DNA of 64,000 nt from an uncultured Gammaproteobacteria bacterium (GTDB lineage: Bacteria; Patescibacteriota; Patescibacteriia; UBA2196; GWA2-42-15). The notes below the pieces were generated by a model. It ran no database searches. It saw only the letters and a list, made by a program, of their open reading frames with translations, and was not told the origin of the DNA. This document shows positions 1 through 10,902 of the stretch, piece after piece. Position numbers and translations under genes: made by a program. The stretch is taken from NCBI GenBank assembly GCA_964573135.1, contig CAZNIO010000002.1, positions 2,535-66,534 on the forward strand, read 5' to 3'. Position 1 is the stretch's first letter; each line of letters opens with the position of its first letter.

Positions 1-742
<742 letters not shown>

Positions 743-748
743 TCATAT

Positions 749-1822
749 TTATACCAATTCTAACCCCAGCTTATGATCCAATGGTTCAAAATTAGTAATT
801 TTAAAGTTGTATTCTTTGCCTACTTCCATGGCTCTCTCATCCCCTTCGCTTTTTTTCTCAGCTTCACGTGCCAATCCTTGAATTTTTGAAGCAATCTCAG
901 CAAAAGCACCAAACTCATTTAATTTGACCACTTTGCCTTTCACCTTATCTCCCACCTTGTACTTATCCTTAATCTCTTCCCATGGATCTTTCTCAAGTCT
1001 CTTTAAAGATAAAGATACTTTATGATCAGATACATCAATAATTTGAGCTTTAACGATATCACTTTCAGAAACCACTTCTCTTGGATTATCAATTCTCTGC
1101 CAACCAAGCTCTGATATATGGATCAGTCCTTCTAGTCCATCATCAAATTCAACAAAGGCTCCAAAATCAACCACGCCAGTCACCTTGCCTTCAACTATGT
1201 CCCCTTTCTTAAAATTACGTAGAGCTTTTCTGCGCTTATCCTTTTCAACGTCTCTTTCGGAAACTATTAATGAGCACTCTTGTTCATTAATATCAATAAT
1301 TACCACTCCTAATTTTTTACCTACCAATGATTTAAGCTTTTCAAGTATTTTACTCTTGCTACCACCCACTACACGTGGATAATTTTGTGGTGACAACTGA
1401 GAAACTGGTAAAAAACCAAATACTTGATCCAATTTTACGATCAAGCCACCCTTGTTAGCTTCAAGCACTGTCACTTCTACAATTTCTGTCTCGCTTTTTA
1501 GTTTATCCAGTCTATCCCAGGCTTTTTTATGTCCAGCCTGCTTAACTGACAGCTCAAGTAATCCTCTCTCGTTTTCAAGATCAATTACTGTTGCACTTAT
1601 ATGGTCTCCCACAGAAATATTACTATACTCCCCAGATTCATCATAGGCCTCATGCCCACGAATAAGCCCAGTAGTAATTCCTCCTACATCAACTAAGATT
1701 TCATTACGCCCTACATATATTACATCCCCTTCAATTAAATCTCCAGGTTTGGGTAGAGCCTTGTCTTTGACCTCGTTCATTAATTTATCCATCTCGGTCA
1801 ACTTTGTTTGTACTTTTGTCAT
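749..1822 (-). CDS. rpsA: 30S ribosomal protein S1 (multiple S1 RNA-binding domains)
   Basis: 357 aa with repeated S1-domain signatures (GxV.G.V..i..fGaFV.l..g..GLiHiSel). Confidence 0.8.
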   Translation of the reverse strand: MTKVQTKLTEMDKLMNEVKDKALPKPGDLIEGDVIYVGRNEILVDVGGITTGLIRGHEAYDESGEYSNISVGDHISATVIDLENERGLLELSVKQAGHKKAWDRLDKLKSETEIVEVTVLEANKGGLIVKLDQVFGFLPVSQLSPQNYPRVVGGSKSKILEKLKSLVGKKLGVVIIDINEQECSLIVSERDVEKDKRRKALRNFKKGDIVEGKVTGVVDFGAFVEFDDGLEGLIHISELGWQRIDNPREVVSESDIVKAQIIDVSDHKVSLSLKRLEKDPWEEIKDKYKVGDKVKGKVVKLNEFGAFAEIASKIQGLAREAEKKSEGDERAMEVGKEYNFKITNFEPLDHKLGLELV

Positions 1823-2090
1823 ATTTTTTCACCTTTTTTTACCCCTATATTTCGGGATAAAAACGACTTTAGCCAGTGGATTTTAGACCCCAAGGGGTCC
1901 AAGTAGCCAAAACCGCTAATGACATATTATATCCAAGTATATACCATAAATATAAGTTTGACAAGGGCTACCAAAATTGGTAATATTTAAGTAGAATAAT
2001 TCACTTCGAGGCTCATAAAAATAGTAATTTCAGTATAAAATAATAAAATTGTCCAGTCTTTTAATACTTAAATTTTAACTACATAAATCT

Positions 2091-2756
2091 ATGCAAATTC
2101 AATGGTTTGGTCAATCTTGCTTCAAGCTTATAGCCAAAAATGCCGATAAAACTACCACCATTATCACCGATCCATACCACAGCGAATATGGACTAAAAAA
2201 ACTACCTCGTCTATCTGCTGATATCGTGACTATTAGCCACGATCATAAAGATCATTCAAATTCAAAAGCCGTTAAGGGAACAGAAAATCACCCAGACCCC
2301 TATGTTATAAGCGGTCCTGGAGAATACGAAATAAGTAACGTCTTTATCTACGGCATCTCAAGCTGGCATGATAACAAGCAGGGCAAAGACAAGGGTGAAA
2401 ATATCATCTATCTAATGAATGTAGAAAAAATCAATATTGCTCACCTAGGTGATCTCGGGCAAACAGAACTCACCGACCAGCAGCTAGAAACCATGAACAA
2501 TGTTGATATTCTCCTAATACCAGTTGATGGTAAATACACCCTCAACGCTGAACAGGCTACTAAGATAGTAGCCCAAGTTGAACCACGCATTGTTATCCCT
2601 ATGCACTATAAAATACCAGGACTTAAACTGGATTTTGACAGTGTTGATAAATTTATTAAACAAATGGGCGGCAAAGCCGAAGAACTCGATAAACTACGTA
2701 TTAATAAAAAAGATTTACCTCAAGAAGAAACCAAGCTCATCGTTCTCAAACCATGA
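2091..2756 (+). CDS. MBL-fold metallo-hydrolase (beta-lactamase superfamily)
   Basis: HxHxDH motif (ISHDHKDHSN) and later conserved His/Asp. Its TGA stop overlaps the next start (ATGA). Confidence 0.7.
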   Translation: MQIQWFGQSCFKLIAKNADKTTTIITDPYHSEYGLKKLPRLSADIVTISHDHKDHSNSKAVKGTENHPDPYVISGPGEYEISNVFIYGISSWHDNKQGKDKGENIIYLMNVEKINIAHLGDLGQTELTDQQLETMNNVDILLIPVDGKYTLNAEQATKIVAQVEPRIVIPMHYKIPGLKLDFDSVDKFIKQMGGKAEELDKLRINKKDLPQEETKLIVLKP

Positions 2757-3085
2757 AAAAAAACAAGGACAAAACCAAAATGTATCTAGCTATCACTTTA
2801 ATTATGGTTATAGTCTTTATCGCCTGGATTCTTAATCTTAAAAATTCATGGAACTCAATCAAGCAAAAACCAAATAACAACAACCAGTGGCAAGAAATAG
2901 AAAATAATCTAAACAAAGTTATTATAGACATAAAAAGCATGGGCCAAGAATTCACCCAGCCAGCCACTACGACTGCCACTGACCTCCAAGGAGGTCCTCC
3001 AATTTCTCCTGACCAACTCGGTAAAATCATTGAAAAATTAAATTTAGACGTAGTAACGACTACCCCAACTTCCACCTTGCCATAA
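2753..3085 (+). CDS. Hypothetical membrane-anchored protein
   Basis: N-terminal TM helix and 4-nt overlap with the upstream gene (operonic). No recognisable domain. Confidence 0.4.
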   Translation: MKKNKDKTKMYLAITLIMVIVFIAWILNLKNSWNSIKQKPNNNNQWQEIENNLNKVIIDIKSMGQEFTQPATTTATDLQGGPPISPDQLGKIIEKLNLDVVTTTPTSTLP

Positions 3086-3094
3086 CATAAAAAT

Positions 3095-6000
3095 ATGCCT
3101 AAAAAAACAATTACTAAGAAAAAAATAGAAAAAGAAAAACCAGCCGCTGCCCCCAAAGCGCTGGCTTCTGTAAATCCAAGAGAAATTACAACAGAAATGA
3201 AAGAATCCTACCTGGATTACGCAATGAGCGTTATAGTTAGACGCGCCCTACCAGATGTACGTGATGGCTTAAAACCAGTTCATCGAAGAATTCTTTTTGC
3301 TATGTGGAATCTAGGACTAAAAAGCTCTGCAAAGTTTAGAAAATCAGCCACTGTAGTTGGTGAAGTACTTGGTAAGTATCATCCCCACGGAGATACTGCA
3401 GTTTATGACTCCATGGTGCGCATGGCGCAAGACTTCTCTCTTCGCTACCCGCTAGTACACGGGCAGGGCAATTTTGGTTGCTTTACTAAAGATACTAAGG
3501 TCAAATTAACTGACGGCAGAAATCTAACCTTTGGCGAATTAATTAAAGAAAACAAGTTAGGCAAAAAAAACTTTACCTATACGGTCAACTCGCTGGGGCT
3601 AATTGCAGTAGCTGAAATCAAAAAACCACGGCTCACTAAAAAAAATACTCCAATCATTAGGGTAATTCTAGACAATGGGGAAAAAATTAAATGTACTCCC
3701 AATCATAAATTCATGATGAAAGACGGTTCATATAAAGAGGCCGAAAACCTTAAACCGCAAGATTCACTAATGCCTTGTTATGAAAAAGTTTCAAAAAATA
3801 CAGATAGGCTCAACAGAAAAGGCTATACGCTAATATTTCAAAATAAAAAAAATGAGTGGATTCCAGCCCATCATTTAGCCGATAATTACAACTTAACTAA
3901 TAAAAAATATAACAAAAGTGCAGGTCGAGTAAGGCATCATTTAAATTTTGACAAACTTAACAACAATCCAAATAATATAGCAAGAATGCATTGGAAAGAG
4001 CACTGGCAAACACACTATAAAAATGCCTCTGCTCTGCATCAAGACGAAAATTATCGCAAAAAAATTGCCACAGGCAGAAAAAAATTCTGGGCAAATCCAG
4101 CCAACAGAGCCAGATACTCAAAAGCACTCTCCAAAAGAAACACGAAAAACTGGGAAGACCCAGTATACAGAGAAAAAATGACAATTTTCTTGAGCGAAAT
4201 CAATAAACAATACATCCAAGATCATCCGGAACGTCGACAAGAACTAAGCGAGCAAGCAACAAAAACTTTAAAACGCTTATGGCAAAATCCAGACTATCGC
4301 GCCATAATGCACGAAAAAATAATTAAAGGAAACAAAAATCACACCACTAACAAAACGGGGAAAGTCAAATTTATAAAAATCTGTAAAAAAGTTATTGGGA
4401 AATACTCTGTTATCAACGAAAATAATTATCTTGCAACAAGAAATAGAATTTATCCTTATGGCAAAGCGCCACTTTGGGAAACAGGATTAAGTAAATATTT
4501 TCAAAACGACTCAAATCTAATTCTTCAAGAAATTAACAAAAATCATAAGGTAATTAGAATAGAAAAAATTATCAAAAAAGAGGACGTATACGACCTAACT
4601 ATTGATAAAACACACAACTTCTGCTTAGCCGCTGGAATCTTTGTTCACAATTCCCTTGACGGAGATTCTGCTGCAGCTATGCGCTACTGCATCACTGGAG
4701 ATTCTTTGATTCTAACCGACAAAGGAATCTTACCTATCAAAAATATATCTTCAAAAAAAGAGGATAAAATAAAACTGAATATCCTCAACCATCAAGGCAA
4801 ACAAAAACCAGCTGTCAAATTTTTCAATTCCGGTAAACACAACATCTTCCATCTAAGTACAAACCTCAATTACCAAATAAAAGGATCTTCTAACCATCCG
4901 CTACTCACCTGGCAGCCAAACGAATTCGGAATACCGACCACTAAATGGAAATTACTTGAAGAAATAACTACTCAAGATCACGTATTAATCAACAGAAACT
5001 CCTCACTTTTCAGTAAAAATAACCCCAATTTGTCACAATATCATCCTCGCAATTTAAATAAAAAACATAAAACTAATATCCAGCTTCCCAAAACAATGAA
5101 TAAAGACATTGCTTTCTTGCTGGGTGCCCTAACTGCTGAGGGCAGCTTACATCAAAATCAAATCCTATTTAGCAATCAAGATCAAGTATTCTATAAAAAA
5201 GTTAGAGATATTATTCTAAAACAATTTAAAGGTACTAAGCTCTATGAGCATGATACCGTAAACGGCAACTGCAAAGAGCTTAGCCTCTATCATCAAAAAG
5301 CTGTTAAATTTCTACACAACATCGGATTATCTACTGGAAAATCTCACACAAAAGAAATTCCATTCTCTGTTCTCCTATCCCAAAAAGGAACAGTTAAATA
5401 CTTTCTGCAAGGACTTTTTGAAGGAGACGGCTCTGTGTCTTTCCAAAAAGACAAACGCCATGGGGGCAATTCAACGGAAGTCACCTATAACTCCAAAAGT
5501 GAAATCCTTATTAAACAATTAAAAACTGTTTTGCTTAATTTTGGTGTTATCACCAGCACTCCATATAAAGACAAAAGAAACGACTGCTACAAGCTCCTAG
5601 TTCATGGCCAAAATAATATTAATAATTTCTATACTCAAATCAACTTCTTCTCTAAACGCAAAAAACAAGAGCTTGCTCATGTCAAAGACTTGAACAAAAA
5701 CAGAATGAGCAAAACGGATTTTATCCCGTACCTCTCGAATTATCTAAAAAACAATTACTCAAATTCTTTTTTCAAAAAACATAACCTGGATCGCTATAAT
5801 AATTTACAAAAAAATTATGACAGAATATCAAAAATACTAAACAAAAGTGATTTAAAAATGATAGATTGGCTACTGCAAAACCACTATCTCTTTGACAAAG
5901 TCAAAACCATAACTAAGTCCAAAACCAAGGAAGAAGTATATTCAATTAAAGTTGATAGCAACTGCCACTCATTTATTGCCAACGGCTTCATAAATCACAA

Positions 6001-8089
6001 CACTGAAGCAAAACTCAAACCCCTAACCGACGAAATGCTACTTGATCTTGAAAAAAATACAGTTGATTTTGCATCTAATTATGACGACACTCAAAAAGAA
6101 CCTAAAGTCCTACCGGCTAATCTACCCAACCTGCTGGTTAACGGTACATTAGGTATTGCAGTCGGTATGGCTACCAATATCCCTCCTCATAATTTAAGTG
6201 AAATAATAGACGGAGTATGCCTCCTCATAGACAAACCCAATAGTGATACCGACGACCTCTTTCAATTTATCCAGGGACCCGACTTCCCAACTGGTGCCAT
6301 TATCTATAACAAAAACGATATCAAGCAAGCCTATGCTACTGGCAAAGGCTCTATTGTCATGCGTGCCGAAAACGAAATAGTTGAAGCCAAAGGTGGTGCA
6401 TTTCAAATAATAATATCATCCGTTCCTTACCAGGTTAATAAAGCTACTCTGCTTGAAAAAATAGCTGATTTAGTCAAAACCAAAAAAGTAGAAGGCATTA
6501 GGGATCTGCGTGACGAATCCTCAAAAGGCGACGTGCGCATAGTCATTGATCTTAAAAAAGATGCTTACCCTAAAAAAATATTAAATCAGCTATATAAACA
6601 CACTTCTCTGCAAACCTCCTTCCACGTTAATATGTTAGCTTTAGTCGACGGTATCCAACCAAGAGTCCTCACCCTAAAAATGATTCTTGAAGAATTTATC
6701 AAACACAGACAAGAAGTAGTCGAGCGTAGAACTAAATTTGAACTAGATAAAGCCAAGGCTCGTGCCCACGTACTTGAAGGCTTAATGCTGGCTTTAAATA
6801 AAATAGATGCCGTCATTAAAACAATCAAAGCCTCAAAAGACAGGGAAGAAGCCAAAAATAACCTTATAAAAAAATTCAAACTCACAGAAATCCAATCCAT
6901 CGCCATTCTAGAAATGAAACTTCAACAGCTAGCTAATTTAGAAAAACTAAAAATTGAAACTGAACTTAAAGAAAAGAAAAAAATAATCAAAGAATTAACT
7001 GAACTACTCAAAAGTCCAAAGAAAATTTTAGCACTTATCAAAAAAGAACTTCTAGCTGTCAAAGAAAAATTTGGTGATGAAAGAAAAACTAGAATTATCA
7101 AAGGCGCAGTTAATCAATTTTCACAAGAAGACCTTATCCCAGACGAAAATGTTATCATTGTCATTACAAAAGATGGATATATTAAACGTATGCCACTGGA
7201 TACATTCAAGGCCCAAGGCCGTGGCGGCAAAGGAGTAACTGGACTAGCCACAAAAGAAGAGGATACTGTTGAAGAATTCTTCACAACCTCTACTCATAAT
7301 AATCTTCTCTTCTTCACCACTCGTGGCAGAGTCTTTCAACTCAAAGCATACGAAATTCCAGTCGCATCGCGCATAGCCAAAGGCCAATCCATCGTTAATT
7401 TCCTGGAACTAGCACCAAACGAAAAAGTATCCTCTGTCTTCTCTTTAGGTCTGCTTGATAAGTATAAATATTTAGTAATGGTTACAACATCAGGTACAAT
7501 CAAAAAAGTAGAAATTTCTGCCTTCTCTAATGTGCGTCGCTCTGGACTAATTGCCCTAAAACTTAAAGGAGAAGATACCCTAGCCTGGGTAGAGCCATCA
7601 ACAGGGCAAGATGAAATAATGTTAACCACTACTCTTGGTCAAGCAATACGCTTTAAGGAAAAAGATCTACGTGCCATGGGTAGAGGAGCTGCCGGCGTAC
7701 GTGGTATCCGACTCAAAAAGGATAGCCAAGTATCAGGCATGGATATGATTAATAAAGAAAAAATAAAAGGCTATCTCTTTGCCTTATCCTCTAACGGATT
7801 TGGTAAAATAACAGCCATCAAAAACTACAAAACCCAAGGCCGTGGAGGCTCTGGTATTAAAACTCTAAAGGTTACAAATAAAACTGGCCCCCTAGCTTCA
7901 TCCTTTATAGTCGATCCTAAAAACTTACCCGAAGAAACAAAAGGTGACCTCATAATAATATCCGAAAAGGGTCAAGTCATCCGCCTACCTTTAAAATCAG
8001 TACCAACCCTGGGTCGTGACACCCAAGGCGTACGCCTCATGCGCCTAAAAAACGCAAATGACAGTGTGGCCAATGTAACCCTGGTCTAA
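3095..8089 (+). CDS. gyrA: DNA gyrase subunit A carrying two inteins. The extein is about 835 aa; the whole ORF is 1664 aa.
   Basis: N-terminus [50 protein letters not shown] (catalytic Tyr), then TEAKL...[18 protein letters not shown]. The C-terminal beta-pinwheel repeats are intact. Confidence 0.95.
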   Translation: MPKKTITKKKIEKEKPAAAPKALASVNPREITTEMKESYLDYAMSVIVRRALPDVRDGLKPVHRRILFAMWNLGLKSSAKFRKSATVVGEVLGKYHPHGDTAVYDSMVRMAQDFSLRYPLVHGQGNFGCFTKDTKVKLTDGRNLTFGELIKENKLGKKNFTYTVNSLGLIAVAEIKKPRLTKKNTPIIRVILDNGEKIKCTPNHKFMMKDGSYKEAENLKPQDSLMPCYEKVSKNTDRLNRKGYTLIFQNKKNEWIPAHHLADNYNLTNKKYNKSAGRVRHHLNFDKLNNNPNNIARMHWKEHWQTHYKNASALHQDENYRKKIATGRKKFWANPANRARYSKALSKRNTKNWEDPVYREKMTIFLSEINKQYIQDHPERRQELSEQATKTLKRLWQNPDYRAIMHEKIIKGNKNHTTNKTGKVKFIKICKKVIGKYSVINENNYLATRNRIYPYGKAPLWETGLSKYFQNDSNLILQEINKNHKVIRIEKIIKKEDVYDLTIDKTHNFCLAAGIFVHNSLDGDSAAAMRYCITGDSLILTDKGILPIKNISSKKEDKIKLNILNHQGKQKPAVKFFNSGKHNIFHLSTNLNYQIKGSSNHPLLTWQPNEFGIPTTKWKLLEEITTQDHVLINRNSSLFSKNNPNLSQYHPRNLNKKHKTNIQLPKTMNKDIAFLLGALTAEGSLHQNQILFSNQDQVFYKKVRDIILKQFKGTKLYEHDTVNGNCKELSLYHQKAVKFLHNIGLSTGKSHTKEIPFSVLLSQKGTVKYFLQGLFEGDGSVSFQKDKRHGGNSTEVTYNSKSEILIKQLKTVLLNFGVITSTPYKDKRNDCYKLLVHGQNNINNFYTQINFFSKRKKQELAHVKDLNKNRMSKTDFIPYLSNYLKNNYSNSFFKKHNLDRYNNLQKNYDRISKILNKSDLKMIDWLLQNHYLFDKVKTITKSKTKEEVYSIKVDSNCHSFIANGFINHNTEAKLKPLTDEMLLDLEKNTVDFASNYDDTQKEPKVLPANLPNLLVNGTLGIAVGMATNIPPHNLSEIIDGVCLLIDKPNSDTDDLFQFIQGPDFPTGAIIYNKNDIKQAYATGKGSIVMRAENEIVEAKGGAFQIIISSVPYQVNKATLLEKIADLVKTKKVEGIRDLRDESSKGDVRIVIDLKKDAYPKKILNQLYKHTSLQTSFHVNMLALVDGIQPRVLTLKMILEEFIKHRQEVVERRTKFELDKAKARAHVLEGLMLALNKIDAVIKTIKASKDREEAKNNLIKKFKLTEIQSIAILEMKLQQLANLEKLKIETELKEKKKIIKELTELLKSPKKILALIKKELLAVKEKFGDERKTRIIKGAVNQFSQEDLIPDENVIIVITKDGYIKRMPLDTFKAQGRGGKGVTGLATKEEDTVEEFFTTSTHNNLLFFTTRGRVFQLKAYEIPVASRIAKGQSIVNFLELAPNEKVSSVFSLGLLDKYKYLVMVTTSGTIKKVEISAFSNVRRSGLIALKLKGEDTLAWVEPSTGQDEIMLTTTLGQAIRFKEKDLRAMGRGAAGVRGIRLKKDSQVSGMDMINKEKIKGYLFALSSNGFGKITAIKNYKTQGRGGSGIKTLKVTNKTGPLASSFIVDPKNLPEETKGDLIIISEKGQVIRLPLKSVPTLGRDTQGVRLMRLKNANDSVANVTLV
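3479..4651 (+). mobile_element. Intein 1 in gyrA (391 aa), inserted between GQGNFG and SLDGD. It starts with Cys and ends with HN, and the +1 residue is Ser. It has a putative HNH-like endonuclease domain (HHL...HH..N).
   Basis: The host protein is continuous when residues 129-519 are removed (HGQGNFG|[12 protein letters not shown] matches the E. coli GyrA consensus). It carries the canonical intein terminal residues C...HN/S. Confidence 0.8.
4688..6001 (+). mobile_element. Intein 2 in gyrA (438 aa), at the classical gyrA-a site right after the catalytic Tyr (AMRY|C...HN|TE). It contains a LAGLIDADG homing endonuclease domain.
   Basis: [13 protein letters not shown]...FINHN|TEAKL parallels the Mxe GyrA intein (CITGDALVAL...VSHN|TEARL). 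LAGLIDADG-like blocks [14 protein letters not shown] and [14 protein letters not shown] are present. Confidence 0.9.
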
Positions 8090-8096
8090 AACATCT

Positions 8097-8390
8097 ATGA
8101 ATATTTTCATTATTATATTAGGAATAATTATTGGCTTTTTAGTTGCCAAATTCTACTCCGGCAAAAAAGAAGGCGATCCAGGACTTTTTAGATTAAAATT
8201 TAATACCAAAAAATACACCATTCACCTTCATCACTGGCTGCTAGCCACTCTGACCCTTATAATCCTATTCCCATTTAACTTCTACAATAATATTATTTAT
8301 GGGTTTCTTATTGGTTTAATTATTCAAGGATTAACTTATAAAGATTTCTATAAAATAATATATAAACAAACACTTTATTACTCTCAATAA
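8097..8390 (+). CDS. Hypothetical small membrane protein
   Basis: 97 aa with two predicted TM helices. No recognisable domain. Confidence 0.35.
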   Translation: MNIFIIILGIIIGFLVAKFYSGKKEGDPGLFRLKFNTKKYTIHLHHWLLATLTLIILFPFNFYNNIIYGFLIGLIIQGLTYKDFYKIIYKQTLYYSQ

Positions 8391-8558
8391 CAAAAAATAT
8401 TCATACACCTTAAACCCTTCGGGTAAAGAAGTTGCTTTTGTCGAATACTCAGCCGCTAAAATTTCACAAAAATTTCTAAACGAAGACATTCCCAATTTAC
8501 TTAGTGATCTACCCAATCTAATTATTACGGAAAAAACTGCAACAAGGAACAAATAGAA

Positions 8559-8671
8559 ATGATACGTTTCCGAGTCAACCCAAAAGACAAAAAAATAATT
8601 GAAAAAAAACAAACGGAAAAGGATATCCCACGGTATCTGCCTTTTTACGCAATTTAGCACTAAATACATAA
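8559..8671 (+). pseudogene. Frameshifted remnant of a MobC-like (ribbon-helix-helix) plasmid mobilization protein
   Basis: Frame 1 reads MIRFRVNPKDKKIIEKKQTEKDIP. The next frame continues TVSAFLRNLALNT*, matching the MobC N-terminal pattern FRV.P.e...ie.kA...g.S.SeYLR..aL. It is truncated and frameshifted near 8630. Confidence 0.45.
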
Positions 8672-8677
8672 AACTCA

Positions 8678-8705
8678 TTGACTTTCCAGTTAAATTCTGT
8701 ATAAT
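8678..8705 (+). promoter_or_regulatory. Sigma70-like promoter TTGACT-N16-TATAAT upstream of tRNA-Ile
   Basis: Near-consensus -35 and -10 hexamers read directly from the sequence. Confidence 0.4.
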
Positions 8706-8754
8706 AAAACTTATTAAAACCTGCTTTTAGAAAGCTTTTTTTAATATACAATCA

Positions 8755-8831
8755 GGGCATATAGCTCAGTTGGTTAGAGCGCAACACTGATAATGTTGAG
8801 GTCCGTGGTTCAAATCCACGTATGCCCACCA
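8755..8831 (+). tRNA. tRNA-Ile (anticodon GAU), CCA encoded
   Basis: Manual cloverleaf: acceptor GGGCATA/TATGCCC, anticodon stem CAACA/TGTTG, loop CTGATAA, T-loop TTCAAAT. Confidence 0.9.
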
Positions 8832-8841
8832 TCAAAATCCT

Positions 8842-10065
8842 ATGCTCAGGAAAAAAACACACATTATAATAACAGTTATACTACTAGCCCTTTTTTTTAC
8901 GCCAATTTTTTGCCAAGCTTTTGAATATACATCCCTAGACCACTACACCCGCTATTTCTATAACCGCTACTCCAAGCACTTTGATAACTTTGGCCTAAAA
9001 TATGCAAGCCCCACCTATGGTATCCAAAAACTCAAAAATCCAGAAACCTCTCGTGAATGGATATCCCTTGCCTCATACTATAAATACAGAAGCATCCGAG
9101 GTGATATCAAGGCCAAACAAGCACTCAAAGACGCCGTCCATCAATCCTACCTAGCCAGCTTAAACAAATTGCCTCACGCTCAATCGTTTCAAGATGCTGA
9201 AAGCTATTTTCTAATACTTCAAGTATTTGAAAATGACCCAAACCTTTTTAACGAATTTGAACAAAAAAGAATAATTTACCAAATCAAAAAATATATCGAA
9301 CCAGGCATTAAGGCGAATGATACAGAAAATAGGAGCTTGGTATCAGCAGCTCATTGGCAATACATTGTCAATCTACTACATACCAAAAACATATTAAACC
9401 AAAGTCAAAAAGAATATTTTGATAAATTAATAAAAATAAAGATTGATACAGCTATTAATAGTTGCATCAACCAAGATTACTGGTATTTTGAAAATAATTG
9501 GAAAGATTTTTCACCTCACTATCATACAGTATCAGCCTTTATGCTAATGATCTATGGAGATCTAACCCAGCAAGACAAATACCTAGACATCTCCCAAGGA
9601 ATGTACTACAATATTAAAAAGGTGTCTTTCAAAAACGGTATGGTGGAAGCCCATCTTGGCAGAAGACCCCTAGGACTGGGAGCCCAGTTCTATCTTATGC
9701 AAGGACTACTTGGTAAATATTTTGATGACCCAGATTATAGTGTCTATCTGGCATATGCCAAAGGCCACAGATTCTTCTCAGATAAACAACACCCCGACCG
9801 CTTGGAATTCCACTCAACTATAGAAAATTCAGATCCTCAATTCCATGATGATTACGCATTTTCAGATAAAGCAGAGCTTGCCTTAACTATACCCAAATTA
9901 CAAAATGTAAATTTCAGTTCTAAATACTATTTTGACGACCCAATCCAACAATCAAGTGATGATAGTTATAATATAAAAAATACAGGTAATAAAATAATAT
10001 TTAATAAAATAAAAAACGTTCTTGGAAGCTATGGGAATTGGTCCCATATTTACAATTTAAAATAA
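8842..10065 (+). CDS. Hypothetical secreted protein (signal peptide)
   Basis: The N-terminus MLRKKTHIIITVILLALFFTPIFCQA resembles a signal peptide. No recognisable catalytic motif. Confidence 0.45.
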   Translation: MLRKKTHIIITVILLALFFTPIFCQAFEYTSLDHYTRYFYNRYSKHFDNFGLKYASPTYGIQKLKNPETSREWISLASYYKYRSIRGDIKAKQALKDAVHQSYLASLNKLPHAQSFQDAESYFLILQVFENDPNLFNEFEQKRIIYQIKKYIEPGIKANDTENRSLVSAAHWQYIVNLLHTKNILNQSQKEYFDKLIKIKIDTAINSCINQDYWYFENNWKDFSPHYHTVSAFMLMIYGDLTQQDKYLDISQGMYYNIKKVSFKNGMVEAHLGRRPLGLGAQFYLMQGLLGKYFDDPDYSVYLAYAKGHRFFSDKQHPDRLEFHSTIENSDPQFHDDYAFSDKAELALTIPKLQNVNFSSKYYFDDPIQQSSDDSYNIKNTGNKIIFNKIKNVLGSYGNWSHIYNLK

Positions 10066-10071
10066 TACCAT

Positions 10072-10384
10072 GCCGAGGTAGCTCAGTGGTAGAGCACAGG
10101 ACTGAATTTTCGGTCCATCACAAAGCAATTTGTGATCGCAAACTGGGTGAATTCGGGGAAACCTACGGTCATATGTATGACTATGGCAATCCCGAGCCAA
10201 GCTCTAGAGGGTATAAGTTCTAGAGAAGGTGTAGAGACTAACAGGTGAGTCCCAACAATAACCCTGTATAAGCGCCCAGCCCCTAATATTCAATTAGGGT
10301 GATGAGATAGTCCGATCCTAAAGGAAACTTTAGTTAACACACAGGAAAATCCTGGTGTCGAGAGTTCGATTCTCTCCCTCGGCA
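10072..10384 (+). tRNA. tRNA-Phe (anticodon GAA) interrupted by a group I intron. Exons are 10072..10103 and 10345..10384; no CCA is encoded.
   Basis: The exons join to GCCGAGGUAGCUCAGUGGUAGAGCACAGGACU|GAAAAUCCUGGUGUCGAGAGUUCGAUUCUCUCCCUCGGCA, a complete cloverleaf with close similarity to bacterial tRNA-Phe. The acceptor stem GCCGAGG/CCTCGGC pairs across the intron. Confidence 0.8.
10104..10344 (+). ncRNA. Group I self-splicing intron (241 nt) in the anticodon loop of tRNA-Phe, between U33 and G34
   Basis: The core closely resembles Azoarcus/cyanobacterial tRNA group I introns (GAATTCGGGGAAACCTACGG, TATGGCAATCCCGAGCCAAGC, GAAGGTGTAGAGACTAACAGGTGAG). P1 forms between exon GGACU and intron GGUCC with a U.G at the 5' splice site. 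The last intron nucleotide is G. Confidence 0.8.
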
Positions 10385-10899
10385 AATCGCGGGATGTGGT
10401 ATAATGGTAGTACGTATGCTTTGGGAGCATATAGCGGGAGTTCGATTCTCCCCATCCCGAATTTAAAACTCTGACTTTGCGTCAGGGTTTTAAAATACCC
10501 CAATAAAAAAGATGATGTACTATTTAATATACACCATCTTATAATCTTATTTCTTGCCCTCTTTTCTATCCAAGCCCAATTGCGCTCGTTATCTGCTTTA
10601 ATAATTTGTGGATAATGAGCGCAGACATCGGAATTTAATAAAACACTGGCTCGCATTTTATACTTATCCAATAAATCCATTATCCGCCAAAGTCCCACCC
10701 GCACACCATAATCTCGCCAGCCATAATTTAACGGATCTGGATCCAAATTGGCAGTGCCAGAAAAAATACTTGTGGCCGGCTTACCGAGCTCATAATCCTC
10801 AATATTCAATCCAATATAAACAGCGAACCCTTCCCCGTTCGGCCATTTAATTTTTGGCCGTTCAATGATAGGGCTATAATTAAAAAGTTCATTTTCCAT
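10330..10899 (-). pseudogene. 3'-truncated PuuE/polysaccharide-deacetylase-like gene. Only about 115 N-terminal residues are homologous; the reading frame then runs through the tRNA-Pro/Phe genes.
   Basis: ERPKIKWPNGEGFAVYIGLNIEDYE...YGVRVGLWRIMDLL...NSDVCAHYPQIIKA parallels the PuuE N-terminus (KWPG.ARIALSFVLNYEEGGE...YGSRAGVWRLL...NPEVIRA). The catalytic GHE..SHG segment is lost and the 3' part overlaps tRNAs. Confidence 0.45.
10390..10460 (+). tRNA. tRNA-Pro (anticodon UGG)
   Basis: C1-G72 acceptor (CGGGATG/CATCCCG), anticodon loop TTTGGGA with G37, T-arm GGGAG/TTCGATT/CTCCC. It starts 5 nt after tRNA-Phe. Confidence 0.85.
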
Positions 10900-10902
10900 G
10901 TC

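Noticed and set aside
8331-8678. 115-aa minus-strand ORF overlapping the 3' end of 8097..8390 and the MobC-like fragment
   Set aside because: Its sequence is low-complexity Phe/Leu-rich (antisense of an AT-rich region) and conflicts with the better-supported plus-strand features.
10038-10223. 61-aa ORF in the track overlapping tRNA-Phe exon 1 and the group I intron
   Set aside because: It lies entirely within a structured RNA (tRNA plus intron core) and has no RBS or coding signal. Judged spurious.
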